From the NCBI RefSeq assembly GCF_004010195.1, contig NC_057751.1, positions 2,354,492 through 2,374,491 of the forward strand: a stretch of 20,000 nt of DNA, given 5' to 3'. Both the position numbers and the translations under genes were made by a program. Below the pieces are notes generated by a model. The model ran no database searches. It was not told where the DNA came from and was given only the letters and a program-made list of their open reading frames with translations. This stretch comes from Chiloscyllium plagiosum (taxonomy: Eukaryota). Below, piece after piece: positions 1 through 9,800 of the stretch (positions are counted from its first letter, which is position 1; each line of letters begins with the position of its first letter).

Positions 1-577
1 ACTAAAGTAGCCCGCATACAGCCTGCTATAAATCCCAAGGGATAGATACTATTAAAGCTTTACTCCACTGATGCATGTGTTGACTCAAAGCACTCATTTG
101 GCACGTGTCATGATTCATGTTTAAGATATTTTCAATATATTTTTAGTACACTTTGTGCTCAGGTGGTTTGACAGTTGCCACTTTTGTGTCTATGACATTA
201 TCTGATAAAATAATTCATGTGAAACTGAAGTCAGCTGTCTTGAGTTTAGGTCTGCAGAGTATGAAAAAGAGTCAAGAAACTGATAGAAGATAATTTTCTT
301 CTGAGATACTTCACAGCCTCTGGAACTCAAAAATGAATTCCACAATTCAGAGCCTGACCTCATTACATATGTCCTGCATTTTTCATATGTTTTTTTCTCC
401 TGCCTCCAACCCCTGTCTTCAACCAAAATGGAAATTGCTGTTGAAACTGGACAAGTATTGGCAGCATTGGTGGGGAGAAAGCAGAGTAAACATTCGAGTC
501 TGGTGATTCTTTCTAAGATATGAGAAGTCAGAACTTTCTCAACAATATATCTTTTACACAAGGTCTTAACACCATCT

Positions 578-658
578 AGATATGTAGAAAATGGGAGCAG
601 GAGTTGGCCATTCGGCTCTTCCAGCCTGTTCTGCTACTTAAAATGATCCTGGCAGATC
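578..658 (-). mobile_element. CR1-type LINE (or CR1-tailed SINE) 3' tail fragment
   Basis: Reverse complement (gatctgccaggatcatttt...gccgaatggccaactcctgctcccattttc) resembles the 3' end of the + strand CR1 at 7812-7875 (atcagccatgattgaatggcgg...gctgaatggcctaatttctgctcctg). Confidence 0.7.
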
Positions 659-814
659 ATAAAGAGAATTGCATGTCAACTCACTGAAGTGCTTGCAAAT
701 CAGTACCTAGTCAACTACTTGGAAGCTAGCTATGCTCACCAATATACCATTGGTTTCCCCTTGACCATCCTCTGCCTCTGTCATAAGTATAAAATACACT
801 TTTTTCTCATTCCT

Positions 815-930
815 TCTGTTGTGAAGAAGAGTCTTTTCAGACTCAAAACGTTAACTCCATTTCTTTCTCCATAAATGCTGCCAGACCTGCTGAGTTTCTC
901 TTGCACTTTCTGTATTTGCTTCCGATTTCC
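815..930 (+). mobile_element. Penelope-like terminal repeat fragment with degenerate hammerhead-like core
   Basis: gTGAAGAA-GAGTC-ttttca-GACTC-aAAACGTT followed by atgctgccagacctgctg, which resembles the right arm at 2478-2494 (tgctgcttgacctgctg). Confidence 0.6.
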
Positions 931-939
931 ACTATCCAA

Positions 940-1056
940 ATAATTAAGCATTTTTGAAGCTAATAAAACACTCCAAGGCATTTGACAAGAGAATTATCAA
1001 ACAAAGTTTGATTGTAAGCTATGTAAGGAGTCATTGTAAAATATTTCCAAAAGCTT
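940..1056 (-). mobile_element. L2 LINE 3' end fragment (old)
   Basis: Reverse complement (aagcttttgg...ctccttacat...ctcttgtcaaatgccttggagtgttttatta) parallels the + strand L2 tail at 1608-1715. Confidence 0.55.
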
Positions 1057-1339
1057 CATAGTTCTTCTCAAAGCTTCACCTGAAAATATTGGCAGTGAGG
1101 AAAAAAAATTAACTCAGTGCCAAGCTTGAACTCAGTATGGAGGCTAATTTCTGTTTTACACCCTGCTTTGGTGGAAAAATTGATGAATTTACAGGGTTTT
1201 TTTGATAAAGAACAGTTGATTGTATTTTGAAACACAATGGCAAAGGATTTTTACAGTTCTGAAAAGATTTATGAGTGTGTTCCGAAAACTAAAATGAAAA
1301 TATATTGCGAACAATATAAATTAAACAAAACTGAATCTT

Positions 1340-1730
1340 ATAAAAATCCATGCCACAGCTTTCCTTGGAATCTGAGCTTTTTTGCAGTTGCCAACTAAAA
1401 TCTTCTCCATGCCTGGAACCCACAAAGATCTCTCTATGCTCCTCCAATTCTGACATCTTTTGCAACCTGATTTTAATTGCTCTGCTATTGATAACCATGC
1501 TTTTATCCGTCTCAGTCCGAGATTTTGAAATTAATTCCCTGAACCTCTCTGTCTGTCACTTGTCTTCCAACTCCTTCAAAATTCTTATTCTGACCTACCC
1601 CTTTGACCAAGTTTTTGACCTGCTCGAATATGTCCTGATGTGGATGGTTTTCAAAGCTTACTTCTCACGTTCCTGTGAAGTGGCCTTGGACCTTTTATTA
1701 TGGTAAAACGCATTATATGCATGCTGCTGA
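1340..1730 (+). mobile_element. L2 LINE 3' end (decayed ORF2 end plus 3' UTR)
   Basis: agatctctctatgctcctccaattctg...acctacccctttgaccaag...cctgtgaagtggccttggaccttttattatggtaaaacgcattata matches the recalled vertebrate L2 3' terminus (cctgtgaagcgccttggg...aaaggcgctata). Confidence 0.7.
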
Positions 1731-2044
1731 CCAGGAGAAATGCTGGATTATCTTCAGGTTCTAAATGCTGTTGATGTTAGCCCTGCTTTTCCAATGAATA
1801 ATACATTAAATAACTGGTGAGTTTATCGGTACAGCAGCAGTAACACAGCCTGCAGCAGAATAACAAGGTTCTCAAATTAAATGAGCTGGAATTGTGCCTG
1901 CTCTCTGGTCCTGTGGTAGATTTGAATGCACAGAGTAGAACCAATAGATTGCATTTTTTAAAAATCAAAACAGATCATCCATTTCTTCATGCGAACCGAG
2001 TGATCAAATCAAGGATCAAAGACTGAGGATTTCGAAACAAGTTA

Positions 2045-2161
2045 TTCACCTCCTGACTCCCTGAAGCTTATCCACCATCCATGTGTCAGAAGCATGATGG
2101 AAGACTCGCCACTGGCCCAGGAGAGGGCAGCTCCAAGAAGCTTGATACTATCCAGGACAAA
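2045..2161 (+). mobile_element. Decayed LINE RT C-terminal fragment (CR1/L2 group)
   Basis: ctgactccctgaagcttatccaccatc...atgatggaagactcgccactggcc...aagaagcttgatactatccaggacaaa gives LTP*SLSTI...MEDSPLA...KKLDTIQDK with frameshifts, similar to LINE RT thumb-region sequence. Confidence 0.6.
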
Positions 2162-2302
2162 TAGTAAATACAAATAGATTTCAGGTTTACAGAGGCATGG
2201 CAGAAGCAATCATATGGGATTCGCAGATATGAACACCCCCAGAGTTCGGAAAAACAAAACAACAGCAAATTGGTAATATAACTGGACAAGTAATCCAGAG
2301 GC

Positions 2303-2523
2303 GAAAGTGAGGAATGCAGGTGCTGGAGATTAGAGTCAAGATTAGAGTGGTGCTGGAAAAGCACAGCAGGTCAGGCAGCATCCGAGGAGCAGGAAAATCA
2401 ACATTTTGGGCAAAATCCCTTCATCAGGGCCTGATGAAGGGCTTTTGCCTGAAACATCGATTTTTCTGCTCCTCGGATGCTGCTTGACCTGCTGTGCTTT
2501 TGCAACGCCACGCTAATCTTGAC
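2303..2523. mobile_element. Fold-back (palindromic) Penelope-like non-autonomous insert with two hammerhead-like cores and an 18-bp TSD
   Basis: Arms 2335-2428 and 2430-2523 are inverted (82/94 identical, 1-nt spacer). Flanking direct repeat gacaagtaatccagaggc (2285-2302) / gacaagtagtccagaagc (2521-2538). Confidence 0.85.
2430..2462 (+). ncRNA. Hammerhead ribozyme-like motif (minimal type I, CpG-decayed)
   Basis: cCTGATGA-a-GGGC-tttt-GCCT-GAAAC-atc: core boxes CUGAUGA and GAAA flank a short helix II. A mirror copy lies on the - strand at about 2396-2428. Confidence 0.55.
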
Positions 2524-2603
2524 AAGTAGTCCAGAAGCTCATGTCAACGGGGAAATAATTTCCAATCCCACCCAGCTGCTGGAATTTCAGTTCATTTAGT
2601 AAT

Positions 2604-2957
2604 CAAAGGCTGAGGGATGTCCGTGTCGAGGTTTAAACAAACATGAGGGCCATGGATAGGATCAACAGCCAAAATCTTTTTCCCGGGATAAGGAAGTCCA
2701 AAACTAGAGAGCATGTGTTTAAGGTGAGAGTGGAAAGATTGAAAAGGGACTTGACCTCCTTCTTCAAGCAGAGATGGTGCATGAATGGAGTGAGCTGCCA
2801 GAGGAGGTGGTGGAGGCAGGTCAGTTAGAATATTTAAAAGGCAAGAGCGATATGGGCCAAATGTAGGCAAATAGGACAAGATCACTTTCAGATATCTGGT
2901 CGACATGGACGAGTTAGACCAAAGGGGCCATGTCCAAGCTGTATATTTCAATGACTT
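2604..2957 (+). mobile_element. CR1 LINE 3' end (5'-truncated)
   Basis: ORF 2643-2828 (MRAMDRINSQNLFP...TREHVFKVRVER) resembles the CR1 ORF2 C-terminus, cf. 3942-4244. It is followed by a CR1-type 3' UTR (gtcgacatggacgagttagaccaaagggg...gctgtatatttcaatgact). Confidence 0.85.
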
Positions 2958-3356
2958 TGGAAGAAAAGTCTGGTATTGAAAGCATGTCTCAGTCATGGTC
3001 ACCATGACAATAATCATGGATGTCATAAAAGCACAACTGGGTCACCAAATGTCCTTTCCGGAAAAAAAATGTCAGCGTTACGTGGTCTGGCCAACATGTG
3101 GCTCCAGGGACACAGCATTATTGTTTGTTATGAACTACTTTCTGAAATGGCTGAGCAGGATGTGTTATTCAAGGGCAAGTAAGGATAGGCAGCAAATGTT
3201 GTCCTCACCAGTGTTGTCCACATCTTGTGAAACGTTGGAAGAAACTAAAATGTAAGTCTCATGAATGAGGATAGTGAAACTATGAAATTTTCATAAAAAG
3301 CTGAATTCTTTCAAGAGAAAGAGTTCACTATCTATATTTGATCTGACTTTCACTTC

Positions 3357-3552
3357 ACTCCAGACCCACAGGAATGCAGTTGCCTCTTAATTGGGAATGT
3401 CCGAATGACCCATTCAGTTGGAGCAAATGGAATAGCTCTCGAGGTGTACTTGCACGACATTGACTCCAATAGTCTCAAGGGCCATGAGGGTTTGGCAATA
3501 AATACTGAGCTTGCCAGCAACACTCTAATTCCCAGAATAAAGAAAGAAGAAA
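3357..3552 (+). mobile_element. SINE 3' half, related to 2958-3250
   Basis: actccagacccacag parallels gctccagggacacag (3101-3116); tail ggcaataaatactgagcttgccagcaacac plus an A-rich end. Confidence 0.5.
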
Positions 3553-3618
3553 CTCCCACAAAAGCGCATCCTTGGACTCGTCAACACAATGAGTTGGTGC
3601 TGCGGAGAATCATAGAAT

Positions 3619-3868
3619 CTGACAGAAAGCATAGATTGAGGATAAAAGGGTCTTTCTCAGGGTGGCAGCCCGTGACAAGTGGTGTTCTGCAAGGCTCAGT
3701 GTTGGGACCACAACTTTTCACTTTATACATTAATGACTTAGATGAAGGGACTGAGGGCTTTCTGACAATGTTTTCAGATGATACAAAGATAGGTAGAGGG
3801 ACAAGTAGGAGTGAGGATGTGGGGAAGCTGCAGAGGCATTTGGTCAGGCCAGGACAGTGGGCCAAGAA
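3619..3868 (+). mobile_element. CR1 LINE RT fragment, 5' part (continues at 7087)
   Basis: Translation SGWQPVTSGVLQGSVLGPQLFTLYINDL...FSDDTKIG...GQWAKK, with a degenerate YADD-type RT motif. Confidence 0.92.
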
Positions 3869-6800
3869 AAAGAAAATTACAGCACAGGAACAGGCCCTTC
3901 AGTCCTCCCAACCTGCACCAATCCAGATCCTCCATCTGAACCTATTGCCTATTTTTTAAGGATCTGTATCCCTCTGCTTCCTGCCTATTCATGTATTTGT
4001 GTAGATACATCTTAAATGACATTATCATGCCCGCCTCTACCACCCCTGCTGGCAACGCATTCAGAGCACCCATCACCCTCTGCATAAAGAACTTTCTGTG
4101 CATATCTCCCTTAAACTTGTCCCCTCTCACCTTGAACTTGTGACCCCAAGTAGTTGAGTCCCCCACTCTGGGAAAAACCTTCTTGCTATACACCCTGTCT
4201 GTACCTGTCATGATTTTGTAGACCTCAATAACCTCCCCCCTCAACCTCCGTCTTTCTCATGAAAATAATCCTAATCTTCCGAACCTTAGTTCATAGCTAG
4301 CACCCTCCAGACTGGGCAACATCCTGGTGAACCTCCTCTGTACCGTTTCCAAAGCGTCCAACCTTTTGGTAATGTGGCGACCAGAACTGTGTGCGATTTT
4401 CCAAATGTGGCCGAACAACTGTAACATGACCTGCTGATTCTTGTACTCAATACCCCAGACAATGAAGGGAAGCATGTCTTCTGCCTTCTTGATCACTCTA
4501 ACCACTTGTATTACCACCTTCAGGGTACAATGGACCTGAATACCCAGATCTCTCTGGACATCAATTTTCCCCAGGACTTTTCCATTTACCGTATAGTTCG
4601 CTCTTGAATTGGATCTTCCAAAATGCATCACTTTGCATTTGCCCAGATTGAACTCCATCTGCCATTTTTCTGCCCAATTCTCCAATCTATCTATATTCTG
4701 CTGCATTCTCTGATAGTCCCCTTCACTGTCTGCTGCTCCACCAATCTTAGTGTCATCTGCAAAGTTGCTAATCAGACCATCTGTACCTTTCTCCAGATCA
4801 TTTATGTATATCACAAACAACAGTGGTCCCAACACGGATTCCTGTGGAATACCACTGGTCACAGTTCTCCATTGTGAGAAACTTCCTTCCAGTACTAATC
4901 TGTCTCTGCTGCCCAGCCAATTCTCTATCCATCTAGGACACCCTGGACCCCATGCGATTTCACTTTCTCCATCAGCCTACCATGGGGATCTTTATCAAAT
5001 GTCTCACTGACGTCCATGTATATGACATATACAGTCCTTCCCTCATCAATCAACTTTCTCACTTCCTCAAAGAACTCTATTAATTTGGTAAGACATGACC
5101 TTCCCTGCACAAAATCATGTTGCCGATCACTGATAAGCCCATTTTCTTCCTTCAGTATCTTCTCCAGCAGCTTCCCTACGACTGAAATCAGGCTCACCAT
5201 TCTACAATTACCTGGATTATCCATGCTACCCTTCTCAAACAAGGGGACAACATGAACAATTCTCCAGTCCTCTGGGACCTCACCTGTGTTCAAGGATGCT
5301 ACAAAGGCATCTGTTAAGGCCCATTATTTCCTCTCTTACTTCCCTCAGTAACCTGGGATAGACCCCATCCGGATGTGGAGACATGTCCGCCTTCATGCCT
5401 TTTAGAAAACTCAACACTTCCTCCCTGCTTATGCTGACTTGACCTTGAGTACTCAAAGATCTAACCCTAACCTCAACATCTGTCATGTTCCTCTCCTCGG
5501 TTAATACCGATGCAAAGTACTCATTAAGAATCTCACCCATTTTCTCTGACTCCATGCATAACTTTCCTCCTTTGCCCTTAAGTGGGCCAACCTTTTCTTG
5601 AGTTACCCTCTTGCTTCTTATATATGAATAAAAGACTTTTGGATTTTCCTTAATCCTGTTTGCTAAAGATATTTCATGATACCTTTTAGCCTTCTTAATT
5701 CCTCATTTCAGATAGGTCCTATTTTCCCGATATATTTCCAAAGCTTCATCTGTTTTCAGTCACCTAGACTATATGCATGCTTCCTTTTTCCTCTCAGCTA
5801 GTCTCTCAATTTCACGTGACATACAGGGTTCCCTAATCTTGCCATTTCTATCCTTAATTTTCATAGGGACATGTCTGTCTTGCACTCTTATCAACCTCTC
5901 TTTAAAAGTCTCCCACACATTAAATGTGGATTTACCTTCAAACAGCTGCTCCCAATCTACATTCCCCAGCTCCTGACAAATTTTGCTACCGTTGACCTTC
6001 TCCCAATTTAGCACTCTTCTTTTAGGACCACTCTTTTCTTTATTCATGAGTATTCTAAAACTTACGGAATTGTGATGACTATTCCCAAGAATCCCCCACT
6101 GAAACTTCACCCACCTGGCTGGGCTCATTCCCCAACACCAGGTGAAGTGTGGCCCCTTCCTGAGTTGGGCTATTTACATACTGCTCTATAAAAACCTCCT
6201 GGATGCTCTTTACAAATTCTGCTCTATCTAGACCTCGAATATGAAGTGAATCCCAGTCAACGTTGGGAAAATTAACATCTCCTATCACCATCATCCTGTT
6301 GCTCCTACTCCTTTCCGTAATCTGTTCACATATTTGTACCTCTATCTCATGCTTGCTATTGGGAGACCTGTGGTACAGCCCCAACATTGTTACTGCACCT
6401 TTCCTATTTCTGAGCTCTCCCCATATTGCCTCACTGCTCGAGTCCTCCATAGTGCCCTCCTTCAGCATAGCTGTGATATCCTGTCTGATCATTTATGCAA
6501 CTCCTCCAACTCTTCTACCTCCCTCTCTATCCCACCTGAAGCGTCTATATCCTGGGATATTTAGTTGTCAATCTTACCCTTCCCTCAACCAAATCTCAGG
6601 AATAACAATAACATCATACTCCCAGGAGAAAGTTAGGATTGCAGATGCTGGAGATCAGAGTCGAATAATGTGGCGCTGGAAAAGCACACAGCAGGTCAAG
6701 TAGCATCCGAGGAGCTGCATGACTGACTGTGCTTTTCCAGCACCACACTTTTTGACTCATACTCCCAGGTGCTAATCCAAGCCTTAAGTTCTTAGCTACT

Positions 6801-7086
6801 ACACTTCTCGTATTAAAATAAATGCACCTCAGACCACCTGTTCCTTTGCATTCATGATCTGCTCCCTGCCTACTCTTCCCCTTAGTCATGCTGACTTCAT
6901 TATCTAGTTCCTTACAAGCTTTAGTTACTACCTCCCTACTGTCCACTAACATCCTCATTTGGTTGCCATTCCCCTGCCACATTAGTATTAACCCTTCTCA
7001 ACAGTGGAAGCAAAAGCACCCCGAGGACATTGGTTCAGTCATGCGCAGATGTGACTGTCCAATTTGTAGTAGCCCCACCTCCCCTC
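3869..7086 (-). mobile_element. CR1 LINE, ~3.2 kb, decayed: ORF1 esterase C-terminus plus APE endonuclease/RT ORF2 and 3' UTR
   Basis: EN motifs (CIYFNTRS; VIGDVNFPNVDW; HHNSVSF), RT motifs (GIPQESVLGPLLFVIYINDL; FADDTKIGG) and the C-terminus in several frameshifted ORFs. 3' tail gggcctgttcctgtgctgtaattttcttt at 3869-3897. The 5' end reads GRWGYYKLD...TNVL, like the end of CR1 ORF1 SGNH esterase. Confidence 0.93.
6627..6756. mobile_element. Short fold-back Penelope-like insert with a perfect 13-bp TSD, inside the CR1
   Basis: TSD tcatactcccagg at 6614-6626 and 6757-6769. Begins agaaagttaggattgcagatgctggagat, like 2303. Inverted arms ~6658-6688 and ~6728-6758. Confidence 0.85.
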
Positions 7087-7892
7087 AAGTGGCAAATGGA
7101 GTACAACGTGGGAAAGTGTGAGGTCATGCACTTTGGTAGGAAGGATAGAAGCATGGATTATTTTCTAGATGGAGAGAAAATTCAGAAGTCTGAGGTGCAA
7201 AGAGACTTGGAAGTTCTCGTCCAGGATTCTGTCAAGGAAACTTGCAGGTTGAGTCAATAGTTAGGAAGGCAAATGCAAAGTTGACATTTATTTTGAGAGG
7301 ATTTGAATATAAGAGCAGGGATGTAATTCTGGGGCTCTATAAGGAATATTGTGTGCAGTTTTAGGCATCATTTCTCAGGAAGGATGTATTGGCCCTGGAG
7401 TGGGTTCAGAGGAGGTTCACTGGAATGGTCCCATAAATGAAAGGCTTAACATATAAGGAATGTTTGAGGACTCTGGGTTTATACTCGATGGAGTTTAGAA
7501 GGATGAGGTGAGGGCGGGAATCTAATTGAAACTTACAGAATTCTAAATGACTTGGACAACATGGATGTTGGGAAGATACTTCCACTGGTAGGAAAAACGA
7601 GGACCCGATGGCACAGCCTTTGAGTAAAGGGAAGACCTTTGAGAATGGAGATAAGGAGAAACTTTTTCAGCCAGAGATTGGGGAATCTATGGAATTCACT
7701 GCCACTGAAGGCTGTGGCGGCCAGGTCATTGAGTATATTTAAGACAAAGATATATAGGTTCTTGAGTATCGAGGGGATCAAGGATTACTGGGAGAATGCG
7801 GTTGAGGCACTTATCAGCCATGATTGAATGGCGGAGCATACCCGATGGGCTGAATGGCCTAATTTCTGCTCCTGTGTTGATAGTCTTATGAT
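7087..7892 (+). mobile_element. CR1 LINE 3' part (continuation of 3619-3868)
   Basis: Resumes at KWQMEYNVGKCEVMHFGRK, the direct continuation of GQWAKK. C-terminus RRNFFSQRLGNLWNSLP, then a CR1 3' UTR ending gtcttatgatc. Confidence 0.92.
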
Positions 7893-8934
7893 CAGTTAAC
7901 CATTCTGAATTCTGTTGCTCTCATTCCTTGACATTTCAAGAAATAACAACTTTAATATTTTAACCAGTTGAATCTGACTCTCTATATCCTCAGTAGCATA
8001 ACTCCACTCATTCCCCTAACTCATGCATATTTCTTTTTCAATCTTTTTCACAAAGTTGTCACTGATCATCATTCTAATCTGCACTTGTGTGAAGATATAT
8101 TTTTGATTGTTGCCTTTAATTCGAATAAATACCCTGTATATATGTCTTTCTGCATCACTTTTCTAAACTAGGATCCATCCTCTGAGGACTTCTAAGACTC
8201 TGAACAAGTTTTGGCAAATTTTTGAAGATCCAAGCAAGTTTTTAGCATTCAAAAGGAACCATTGCGTCTATCTCCAGTGAAAAACATCTTCATACCCATA
8301 AATCTTTGATCGCAAGAAAATCCCAAGCAAATCGATGCTGCACCTTTTCCTTTGCTGTCCTATGTTGTGTCATTGGACTACCTCACCTTAAGATTGTCAC
8401 TAATGCAGAGAACAAAGGAACACAGGCTAGTTCTGGATCATTTCTGTTTGATTTCAAGGCTTATTATTCGTTGACATTGTCATTGTATCCGTTTGTTGTG
8501 ATAAAGCCAAGCTGTGGTAATCTAGATCTGAAGATAATAAGTCTGCATTAAGATTCATGTAGAATAGGATGAAGTGTTGGTGATTTAATTTTTAAACCCG
8601 GTAATGCTGAGCTGTCAATTTCTCCAGTTTTCCCGAAGTCAGTAATTTCTGACAGAATCATAACCATTTTTCAGATTATTTTCGCAAGTAAACGTTACTA
8701 AGTGAAAACTGTCACCATTTCAACAACATGAACATTGGTCAGCCATGAGGTGACAAGTATACCATTACAGATGACACAAGAAGCACATAAAGAGCTGAGG
8801 TTATACCAGTTGCTTGAAAATCTTTTTCTGCTTTTGATTACCTTGCAAGAAGTAGCAAATACACTTCAGCTTATGAAAGGAAAACTGCCGAAATTGGAAC
8901 ATGTTCTGAAGATGTTAAACAGAGCCCTGTTTGA

Positions 8935-9800
8935 TTTATTGTTGATTTGATTTATTGTTGTCACATGTATTTAAGGACAGTGAAAAGTTTTGTTTTGTTA
9001 GCAGTACAGTCAGATCATAACAAGGACATAAAGACCGTAGGGTGTTGAGACAGAACGGAGTATGCAAGGTTATGTCTGCACAGGAGGTGCAGCATTAGAC
9101 TGAAATTAGAGAGGTCTGTTCAGCAATGTAATAACAGCAGGAATGAAGTTGTTCTTAAACCGATTTGTATGTGTGTTCATGCTTCTGTATCTTCTGCCTG
9201 ACAGAAGTCGTTGGAAGAAAGTATGATCAAGTGGGAGGGGTCTTTGATGATGTTAGCAGCCTTACCGTGGCAATGAGAAATATAGATGGAGTCCTTGATG
9301 GTCAGGATTGTGCACACAACTTTCTGGAGTTTCTTATGGTCCTGGGCAGAGGAGTTGTTGAACCAAACCGTTATACACCCAGATAGAATGCTTTCTATGG
9401 TGAATTTATAAAAGTTGGTGAGAGTCCCAATGGACATGCCGAACTTCCGAAGAGGCGTTGTTGTGTCCTGTTGGCCATTGCATCTACGTGGGAGGTACAG
9501 GACAGATCACTTGTTATTGTCACTGCGAGGTACTTGACGCTCTCAACCCTGTCCACCTCAGCTCTGTTGACGCAGGTCAGGTCATGTCCTCCTCTTTTCT
9601 TCCTGAAGTCAATGATCAGTTCTTGTGTTTTGCTGACATTGAGAAAGAGGGGTTGTTATTATTGCACCACAACACCAAGCACGCAATCTCCTTCCTGCAT
9701 TCTGTCTCATCATTGTTTGATATCTGGCCTACAACGGAAGTGTTGTCAGCAAACTTGCAGTGGTGTTCATACAAAATTTGGCTGCAGAGTTGTGGGTGTA
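8935..9800 (-). mobile_element. Rex1/Babar-type LINE, 3' piece (RT C-terminus and 3' UTR)
   Basis: Minus-strand translation YTHNSAAKF...KFADNTSVVGQISNNDETECRKEI...ELIIDFRK; TLTNFYKFTIESILSGCITVWFNNSSAQDHKKLQKVV; 3' end aataaatcaaatc. Confidence 0.85.

Larger units (their letters stand above)
2270..3250 (+). mobile_element. tRNA-derived SINE split in three (2270-2302, 2521-2603, 2958-3250) by two insertions
   Basis: Head tggtaatataactggacaagtaatccagag with a degenerate B-box-like ttccaatccc; body gtctcagtcatggtcaccatga; tail aagggcaagtaaggataggcagcaaatg...ccacatc plus an A-rich end. The tail is shared with 3357-3552 and 18070-18140. Confidence 0.65.

Noticed and set aside
190..561. 123-aa minus-strand ORF
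   Set aside because: No recognisable domain, and a length achievable by chance.
1350..1706. 118-aa hydrophobic ORF
   Set aside because: It overlaps a decayed, pyrimidine-rich L2 3' end.
1759..1817. Plus-strand small exon candidate (ttcag|...ctg|gtgagt); also the acceptor-like site at ~18366
   Set aside because: Splice-like signals only; the peptides are unrecognised and the strand conflicts with the other candidates, so support is insufficient.
2335..2523. Hairpin as a miRNA precursor, terminator or CRISPR repeat
   Set aside because: It is TSD-flanked, multicopy and nested in a SINE, with no spacer array; a mobile-element origin explains it.
3405..3959. 184-aa ORF with RT motifs as a novel gene
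   Set aside because: It is a chimera of a SINE tail, unique DNA, a CR1 RT fragment (FSDD) and antisense CR1 3' UTR, read through by chance.
4257..4862. RT ORFs (also 11690-11998, 12167-12685) as a retron, DGR or active RT system
   Set aside because: They are frameshifted pieces of ordinary CR1 ORF2 with APE endonuclease; the context is eukaryotic and no intact ORF2 remains.
8387..8527. Minus-strand AG...GT exon candidate
   Set aside because: It has stop codons in all three frames.
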